The notes under the pieces are model-generated. The model did no database searches and had not been told where the DNA came from. It worked only from the letters and a program-made list of their open reading frames with translations. A stretch of 32,000 bases of DNA from Burkholderiales bacterium (GTDB taxonomy: Bacteria > Pseudomonadota > Gammaproteobacteria > Burkholderiales > UBA11063): NCBI GenBank assembly GCA_020697255.1, contig JAJFBE010000007.1, positions 93,410 to 125,409 on the forward strand, in the 5' to 3' direction. The translations under genes and the position numbers were made by a program. This document shows positions 25,830 through 32,000 of this stretch, one piece after another. Every line of letters starts with the position of its first letter. The first letter of the stretch is position 1.

Positions 25830-28328
25830 TTATTCGGTTTTAAGCAGTTCGTAGCTGCCGCGCTCATTACGCCTTGCCATACCGATTTGCTCCAGATGGC
25901 TCATAATCCGGGCAGCACGATTATAACCTATACCAAACCTGGTCTGCAGCGCACTAATTGAACAGCGCTTAGTATCATATATAAATTTAACCGCTTCATC
26001 AAAAATCGGGTCTTTTTCTGTATCTTCGCCTTCCTCACTCATTCCCGGAATCTCAACCGCTGCTTCTCCGGAGAGTATCTCCTCAATATAACTTGGTTCA
26101 CCGGTTGATTTTAGAAACTCAACTACTTTATTTAACTCATCATCATTAACAAATGCACCGTGGACCCGCTGCAAAATACCAGAGCCTGGTTGTAGGAACA
26201 ACATATCGCCCTGACCAAGCAAGGCCTCAGCACCCATCTGGTCTAAAATTGTCCTTGAATCAATTTTGCTTGATACCTGAAATGATATACGAGCCGGAAT
26301 ATTGGCTTTGATTAAACCGGTTATTACGTCTACCGATGGTCTTTGGGTAGCAACTATCAGATGAATACCTACCGCTCTTGCCTTTTGGGCAATCCGCGCA
26401 ATATATTGTTCGATTTTCTTACCGGCAACCATCATCAAATCGGCCAATTCATCAATAATCACCACAATATATGGCCATTTTTCTAAAGGCTCAGGGTCAT
26501 CCGGTGTCATTGATACAGGATTTGGAATCGGCTCACCTCGTGCTTGGGCTTCACTAATTTTATGGTTATAAGAAGCAAGATTCTTACAGCCTAATTTTGC
26601 CATAGTCCGGTAACGATTTTCCATCTCACCTACTGTCCATTTAAGGGCATTGGCTGCCTGGGTCATATCGGTTACAACCGGTGCTAATAAATGTGGAATG
26701 TCCTGATAAAATGATAGCTCAACCATTTTAGGATCAATCATTATAAATTTTACTTCTTCAGCAGTTGCCTGGAATAAAATTGATAGAATCATGGTATTTA
26801 CCGCAACTGATTTTCCGGAGCCGGTAGTTCCGGCAACTAATAAATGCGGCATTTTAGCTAAGTCAGTCACCACTACATTACCAGCAATGTCCTTACCTAA
26901 GGCCAGGGTCAGCTTGCTTGGACTATGCATATAAGTTGGCGAATCAAAAATCTCTTTTAAGTATATTATCTGCCGTTTAAAATTTGGTACCTCTACACCC
27001 ATTGAGTTTTTGCCGGGTATAGTTTCAACAATCCGTACATTGGTAAGCGCCAACCCTCTAGCTATTTCTTTACCTAAACCAACAACCTTGTCGCCACGAA
27101 CACCACGAGAAGGCAATAATTCATAACGGGTAATTACCGGGCCGGTTTCAGCATTGGTAATAGCTGCTTCAACCCCAAATTCGGCTAATTTGTTTTCAAT
27201 AGAGCGCGAAACAAAATCAATACTCTGCGCCGAAATGGTCTCAACCTGCTGCTTAGGATTATTAAGTAAATCCGTGCTTGGCAACTCACCACCATCTGTT
27301 TGAGTACGCTTAAATACCCGTGTTGGCGCTGCCACAACTTTGGGTTTAGGGCTCTTAATTACTGGTAAAACCTCAGCATCTGAATTAGCATCACTTGGAA
27401 ATTCAAAATCTGAAGCGGTGTTGCCACGATCAAAAAAATTAGGTTTGGATGAAGATGCCTCCCCTGCTTTAGCAAACGGGTTATCAACGCTTATTTCTTC
27501 TTCAAAATCATGAACTATCGCTTCTGCTTTTGATAAATTTTGATTTTTTATCAAGGTTTCTTTATTTTCATCCAAGCCATCTAACAACGAACCAAAATCA
27601 GGCTCAATCTCTACCGGTTGATGTACCATCGCAGGTTTTAGTTTGGGCTCTATAGTATCCATAGTATGAGCCCTCTCAATAATAGGCCCACGACTAATCA
27701 TATTACCCATCTGGTTATATAAAAATTCTAATAACCAGCCAACTTTTTCAACTATTATTAACACATATACACTGAAACTGCAGGCAAAGCTTATATAGAT
27801 CAGTGCAAGCATAAGTGTGGCAGTGGTACCTTGACCTAACCGTTCTGCCAGTAAAGGGTAAAAGAATTTCCCCAGCATACCGCCAAAACCATCATGTAAA
27901 TATGTCGATGGATGATAATATAAAGTTACATACTCGAAAATTGAAGAGCTGATCATGAGCACAATAAAACTCACCCCCTGTACAATAGAAAACCAGCTGC
28001 CAACATCTATTGATTCACGAATGATTTTTCTATAGCCTAAGTAAAATATCCCTAATACTACCCACCATGCCGAAAAACCAAACATTGATAATAGAATATC
28101 CGAAAAATATGCCCCAAATATGCCCAATTTATTATGTATAACAGGGTTTCCCGAAGATTTAAACCAGCAATTATCATCCGGTGAGTATGTAACCAACATT
28201 AGGGCAAAAAGAAAAGTTAGGGCGAAAAGGAGTACTGCTACTGCATAATTCATAAGCATTGCGGTTTTTACCGGCAAAATTGTATCGCGATTTTTCTTTG
28301 CAAATTTTGGTGTTGTGTTAACGAACAT
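25830..28328 (-). CDS. ftsK: DNA translocase FtsK
   Basis: 832 aa. N-terminal TM segments, an acidic/Pro-rich linker, Walker [10 protein letters not shown], Walker [11 protein letters not shown], and a C-terminal gamma winged helix ([27 protein letters not shown]). Confidence 0.95.
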   Translation of the reverse strand: MFVNTTPKFAKKNRDTILPVKTAMLMNYAVAVLLFALTFLFALMLVTYSPDDNCWFKSSGNPVIHNKLGIFGAYFSDILLSMFGFSAWWVVLGIFYLGYRKIIRESIDVGSWFSIVQGVSFIVLMISSSIFEYVTLYYHPSTYLHDGFGGMLGKFFYPLLAERLGQGTTATLMLALIYISFACSFSVYVLIIVEKVGWLLEFLYNQMGNMISRGPIIERAHTMDTIEPKLKPAMVHQPVEIEPDFGSLLDGLDENKETLIKNQNLSKAEAIVHDFEEEISVDNPFAKAGEASSSKPNFFDRGNTASDFEFPSDANSDAEVLPVIKSPKPKVVAAPTRVFKRTQTDGGELPSTDLLNNPKQQVETISAQSIDFVSRSIENKLAEFGVEAAITNAETGPVITRYELLPSRGVRGDKVVGLGKEIARGLALTNVRIVETIPGKNSMGVEVPNFKRQIIYLKEIFDSPTYMHSPSKLTLALGKDIAGNVVVTDLAKMPHLLVAGTTGSGKSVAVNTMILSILFQATAEEVKFIMIDPKMVELSFYQDIPHLLAPVVTDMTQAANALKWTVGEMENRYRTMAKLGCKNLASYNHKISEAQARGEPIPNPVSMTPDDPEPLEKWPYIVVIIDELADLMMVAGKKIEQYIARIAQKARAVGIHLIVATQRPSVDVITGLIKANIPARISFQVSSKIDSRTILDQMGAEALLGQGDMLFLQPGSGILQRVHGAFVNDDELNKVVEFLKSTGEPSYIEEILSGEAAVEIPGMSEEGEDTEKDPIFDEAVKFIYDTKRCSISALQTRFGIGYNRAARIMSHLEQIGMARRNERGSYELLKTE

Positions 28329-28331
28329 GTA

Positions 28332-28892
28332 TTAATATCCCAATTTTGTTAAAATTTCCATATAGAGTTTATTATTCTTAGTTTTATTTATTTTACTTAA
28401 CTCATTAAAAACAAACTTTCGTTCTTCATTAGTTGATAACTTATTTACCAGCTTATCTAATTTTACTGATGTTTTTGTATTATCCTCATTCATTAAATTT
28501 ATCGCATCTACCGCAAGTAACAATACCGGCAGCTTATTATCTGTGGATACATCCTGACTAATAGACTTAAGCGCACTATTATAAGCTTTTTGGTACTCTT
28601 GCTGAAAATAACTATTTGTTGCCATATTAAAATAATTACGACTTTTTACTATAGTTGCATTTTGCCGATATCGCCTGATCCCACGTGGCATGTTGTAAAT
28701 ACTGACAAAAAAAGTAGCAGTATAATGCAAAATTACGTAAATAACCAGGATAACCAGTAATAGGGTAGAAAAAGATAAATCCAGCCTATATTTACTTACA
28801 AGCAAAATTACATGCCCATTACCGTAACCACTCATTATTGCGATAAATATTGCCAGAATAAATAAAAGAACTATTTTAATAACTAGTTTCAT
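28332..28892 (-). CDS. hemY: HemY N-terminal-domain membrane protein (short HemY-like)
   Basis: 186 aa. Two N-terminal TM helices, then a basic RRYRQ segment and a TPR-like stretch, matching the HemY_N arrangement. It occupies the hemY position after hemX. It is about half the size of typical HemY and ends 3 nt before the ftsK start. Confidence 0.6.
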   Translation of the reverse strand: MKLVIKIVLLFILAIFIAIMSGYGNGHVILLVSKYRLDLSFSTLLLVILVIYVILHYTATFFVSIYNMPRGIRRYRQNATIVKSRNYFNMATNSYFQQEYQKAYNSALKSISQDVSTDNKLPVLLLAVDAINLMNEDNTKTSVKLDKLVNKLSTNEERKFVFNELSKINKTKNNKLYMEILTKLGY

Positions 28893-28905
28893 AATTGTTT
28901 AGTCT

Positions 28906-29844
28906 TTACTTCTCTAAATTATTTAATTTATTTAGTGCTTTTAAGGTTTGTTCTATGCCAACTTCACTGTATGAGACATTTATTTGTTGTAGCTTGGTAA
29001 TTTCATCCAACACACCACTCATATCGGCACTATTAACAAAATATGCCACTAGGCTCTGCCTGGCTGAATTTAGGCTGTACTGCCAGTTATTTTCATCGCT
29101 CTGTAATAAGGCCATTCTGGCATTTAAAATATCCAATTTTAAATTTTGATGAATTATTACCCTATTTTGCGGTAATAAATTTAGAGCATTGCTACCATCA
29201 ATACTTGATATTTGGACTAAACCTAATATCCGCGTCTTAATATCATCTAAAAATCTAATCCATTTGGAATCAGGAGCACCGTCAGGGATAGGCTGTGCAT
29301 CTTTATCGTTATTTATTATTAGCGCCAATTTATCAGCATTTATGATAATATTATTTAATTTAGTTGCAATTACCACCTTGTCCAAAATCGGCATTTGTTT
29401 TAACCGATCTACATCAGTCGTAATTGCTACTTTTAATTCGGTATATATCGGAGAATTATTTGCATCTATTACGCTCTGGGCATAATTTAATAACTTAATT
29501 GCTGAATTTATATCATGATATGCAATTAAACTTTGGGTAGCTAAACCAATTAGGGTATTAATCTGGTAATTATTTGCACTAAATTTAGATGTATTAAAGC
29601 TATCAACTTTACCTTTTAATAAATCTATTTGGCGATTGATCTCGGTAATATTTTGTTGCAATTGTGTATTATTTGTTTGAGTGGCATTATCTAGTGAAGC
29701 TAGTTGGTATACTGTATGAGCATGCGCTTTTGTACCTTGATAATACATGTACCCGGATACACCGAGTGCACCAATAGCTAATAATAATGCTAATGTAGCT
29801 CGTTTTGCTCCTTTAGCTTTCACCGTGCTTACCGTATCTGTCAT
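28906..29844 (-). CDS. hemX: HemX-family membrane protein (often annotated as uroporphyrinogen-III C-methyltransferase)
   Basis: 312 aa. One N-terminal TM segment (ATLALLLAIGALGVSGYMYY) followed by a Q/N-rich helical region. Position between hemD and hemY. Overlaps hemD by 32 nt. Confidence 0.7.
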   Translation of the reverse strand: MTDTVSTVKAKGAKRATLALLLAIGALGVSGYMYYQGTKAHAHTVYQLASLDNATQTNNTQLQQNITEINRQIDLLKGKVDSFNTSKFSANNYQINTLIGLATQSLIAYHDINSAIKLLNYAQSVIDANNSPIYTELKVAITTDVDRLKQMPILDKVVIATKLNNIIINADKLALIINNDKDAQPIPDGAPDSKWIRFLDDIKTRILGLVQISSIDGSNALNLLPQNRVIIHQNLKLDILNARMALLQSDENNWQYSLNSARQSLVAYFVNSADMSGVLDEITKLQQINVSYSEVGIEQTLKALNKLNNLEK

Positions 29845-30580
29845 GCAACTTCCCCATCAACTCAATTAAAGATTCCATCGAAGCATGGTCACTTATGAAA
29901 ACCTGACCTTCTGCGCCAAACTCTCGTATTACCTGTTCAATTTTAATGTGCAATGTAATAAAATCAGTCTTTAAGAGCATATCATAAAACCCGCGCTTTT
30001 GCCATTGGTTAAACAAATATCGCGCATGTGCACTACTAGTGAGTATTATACCTTGCATGGAGTTACTCATGAATAGTTTTTTAATGCCCTGATTATCTAA
30101 ATCCTGCCATTTTTGCTCATAAATAATCATTTCTTTATATGAATCATTGCCCAATTTAGCATCCAAATAATTTTGCAGCGTATTATTAGTATTAGAGCCT
30201 TGGATTATGGCTATTTTTTTCCCACATAAATTGGTATTTTCCAAAACCTGGTTAATCATTGCCTCTGCCCCGGAACTACTCTTTGGATAGTAAATTTGAT
30301 TTTGAGTATATTGCCCAAGTTTTTTATAGCTACTAATACCAGGAACAATAAAAGTTACCTCTTTAGCAGCTATTTTAAATACTTCATATGCGTAGTTGAT
30401 AGCCGCTGGGCTGGTGATAATAACAAAATCAAAGTTATTGATTTGTTGTTTTACATTTTCTATTACGGCGAAGTTGGGGCTTAAGCGGACACAACAAATG
30501 TCTACTGCATTTATGTCTAATTTGCCCAATTCTTTTTTTAGATAACTGTTAGTTTTTTGGCTAGATATTATTAAAAACAT
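29813..30580 (-). CDS. hemD: Uroporphyrinogen-III synthase
   Basis: 255 aa. Two-lobe pattern with VIITSPAAINYA and IILTSSAHARYL. Located 6 nt downstream of hemC. Confidence 0.75.
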   Translation of the reverse strand: MFLIISSQKTNSYLKKELGKLDINAVDICCVRLSPNFAVIENVKQQINNFDFVIITSPAAINYAYEVFKIAAKEVTFIVPGISSYKKLGQYTQNQIYYPKSSSGAEAMINQVLENTNLCGKKIAIIQGSNTNNTLQNYLDAKLGNDSYKEMIIYEQKWQDLDNQGIKKLFMSNSMQGIILTSSAHARYLFNQWQKRGFYDMLLKTDFITLHIKIEQVIREFGAEGQVFISDHASMESLIELMGKLHDRYGKHGES

Positions 30581-30586
30581 AATTTT

Positions 30587-31558
30587 TTATTTAATTTTTT
30601 GATCGCCACGGAATTTTTCGAATTCCTCGCGATGACTTGTGGGATATTTTGCCATGATTTCTCTAGCGCCATTTTTATACAATTCTTCCAAACAATTATT
30701 AACCATTTCCTCATGTTTGGATTTATCTAGCTGTACCCGGCTGTAAGAGCAACGATTATCTACTACATCCCATAAACAGGCTGTCAAACATATTTGGTTG
30801 TCAGTACTTTTAGCATATACGGCTATTGGTACACTACAGCTTGCACCCAACCTACTACCAACCATACGTTCAATATCTACTTCAAACCTAGTCTCTTTGT
30901 CTTCCAGAGGCTTCAAATAATCAATCAAATCAGTCCCGGAACTTAAAACTTCAATTGCTAAAGCGCCCTGGCCGATAGATGGCAAAAATTTATTAGTATC
31001 CAATTTTTGGGTAATTCTATCAGATAACCCAAGGCGTTTTAAACCGGCAACAGCTAAAATAATTGCATCATATTCTTCTTTGTCCAATTTACCCAGCCTG
31101 GTTTGGACATTCCCACGAAGTAACTTAATTTGCAGTTGTGGATAATGTTGTTTTAATAGGGCAACGCGCCTGGCCGACGAAGTACCAATTACTGCACCTC
31201 CTGGCATAGCTTCAAGACTTGAATATTTATTTGATACGAAAGCATCTGCTGCATCTTCCCTTTTTAGGATGGCCGCTAACTTAAATGTAGGATCTAATGC
31301 CGCTGGTAAATCTTTTAGCGAATGAACTGCAATATCTGCCGTATCGGCAAGTAAGCCACTTTCTAACTCTTTAATAAATAATCCTTTGCCACCAACCTTA
31401 TCCAGTGTTTTATCCAGTATTTTGTCGCCACTGGTAGTCACCCCGATGATTTCAGTTTGTAAACCTGGATGATGTCTTAGCAATTCTTCTTTTACAAAAT
31501 TTGCCTGCCAAAGAGCAAGCTCACTCTTACGGGTAATTATTCTTATCTTTTTATACAT
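30587..31558 (-). CDS. hemC: Porphobilinogen deaminase (hydroxymethylbilane synthase)
   Basis: IRIITRKSELALWQA, GGKGLFIKELE, VHSLKDLP, and the cofactor-Cys region GASCSVPIAVYA. It carries a ~25-aa C-terminal extension. Confidence 0.95.
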   Translation of the reverse strand: MYKKIRIITRKSELALWQANFVKEELLRHHPGLQTEIIGVTTSGDKILDKTLDKVGGKGLFIKELESGLLADTADIAVHSLKDLPAALDPTFKLAAILKREDAADAFVSNKYSSLEAMPGGAVIGTSSARRVALLKQHYPQLQIKLLRGNVQTRLGKLDKEEYDAIILAVAGLKRLGLSDRITQKLDTNKFLPSIGQGALAIEVLSSGTDLIDYLKPLEDKETRFEVDIERMVGSRLGASCSVPIAVYAKSTDNQICLTACLWDVVDNRCSYSRVQLDKSKHEEMVNNCLEELYKNGAREIMAKYPTSHREEFEKFRGDQKIK

Positions 31559-32000
31559 AATTAACCTTAACTATTTGCGGTCTTAAATTTACTGCTGTAC
31601 GACATATATAACCATATCCCGGTTTTAAACTCCTTATTTTACTACCATCTAAGATATACTCATCATTTAAATTTGTAGTCACCCGTCTATCCCCGTTATC
31701 ACTAATGCTATGTAGACTGTACTTAGCCTCTTTCCCAATAGTTTCTTGCAATAATCTTATATCATGCGCATCATTAATCTTATGGATAATAAATGTATTA
31801 CAATTAGCAATTAGCTCTACAGCAATTCGCCTCACCTGCTGACTTTCTTCCGAAATAGCATGAATTGATTGCGTACCGATTACTGCGTGCATACCATTAT
31901 CCCGCTGCATAGCCAGGATATTTGACATGTTGGGGCTTGCATATGCAGCAAATTCATCAAAAATACAAAACGCTTTGACTGATTGCCCGCTTCTACCCAG
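31551..32000 (-). CDS. TraD/TraG/VirD4-type (type IV coupling-protein-like) P-loop NTPase, C-terminal part; the gene continues beyond the right edge
   Basis: The frame is open to nt 32000. Manual translation upstream of the track ORF gives ..LGRSGQSVKAFCIFDEFAAYASPNMSNILAMQRDNGMHAVIGTQS.. It has a Walker-B-like hhhhDEF, an R..G...V..TQS block and NCNTFIIHKINDAHDIRLLQETIG, typical of the TraG/TraD C-terminal region. The stop overlaps the hemC start by 8 nt. Confidence 0.55.
   Translation of the reverse strand: MGRSGQSVKAFCIFDEFAAYASPNMSNILAMQRDNGMHAVIGTQSIHAISEESQQVRRIAVELIANCNTFIIHKINDAHDIRLLQETIGKEAKYSLHSISDNGDRRVTTNLNDEYILDGSKIRSLKPGYGYICRTAVNLRPQIVKVNYV

Noticed and set aside
1248-30484. 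Short track ORFs nested inside longer, well-supported genes. Most lie on the opposite strand; one lies on the same strand but off-frame. They are: 1248-1442, 3251-3490, 5523-5810, 6196-6393, 7022-7288, 7499-7840, 7882-8136, 8129-8368, 9111-9344, 9810-10070, 13962-14150, 14731-14991, 15341-15568, 16222-16413, 16438-16686, 18599-18808, 19140-19361, 19500-19682, 20761-20943, 22001-22189, 25542-25961, 28895-29149, 29043-29240, 29189-29485, 30296-30484.
   Set aside because: These are shadow ORFs of recognisable genes. Their composition is biased (Ser/Leu/Ile/Phe-rich), they have no motifs and no ribosome-binding sites, and each is fully explained by the overlapping real gene.
1-32000. CRISPR arrays, rRNA/tRNA/tmRNA genes, intact IS elements or integrases.
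   Set aside because: None were recognised. There are no regularly spaced direct repeats, no transposase- or integrase-like ORFs, and no cloverleaf-compatible sequences in the intergenic regions I inspected. tRNAscan or Infernal would be the formal check.

Overview
AT-rich gammaproteobacterial chromosomal segment. The gene content and protein styles resemble Legionellales-type intracellular or amoeba-associated bacteria, but that taxonomic call is inference only. The backbone is housekeeping genes, almost all on the minus strand: a partial UbiH-family hydroxylase, an MFS exporter plus prlC (both plus strand), parB-parA-rsmG, HAD hydrolase-prfA-hemA, tolC, a two-gene glycan module (DegT-type aminotransferase and a small PglC/WbaP-type phosphoglycosyl transferase), ftsK, hemY(N-domain)-hemX-hemD-hemC, and a partial TraD/VirD4-like ATPase at the right edge. 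Lineage-specific accessory genes are interspersed. The most notable observations are: (1) a 933-aa cytoplasmic PAS/histidine-kinase/double-receiver protein whose first ~235 aa look like a tRNA-dependent cyclodipeptide synthase, a fusion I do not know to be described; it is divergent from an orphan 454-aa gene across a 740-bp AT-rich spacer. (2) A family of secreted six-cysteine proteins in three copies, one of which is frameshifted so that the ORF track misses its signal peptide, plus other orphan secreted proteins, including one with a strict 5-residue x-x-I-N-P repeat. (3) A Panacea (DUF4065)-type antitoxin paired with an uncharacterised small partner, wedged into the glycan operon and translationally chained to the glycosyl transferase. 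(4) Several rearrangement scars: a 30-bp exact relic of the transferase 3' end, and a 31-bp exact direct repeat in the hemA-prfA spacer. I recognised no rRNA or tRNA genes, CRISPR arrays or intact IS elements.
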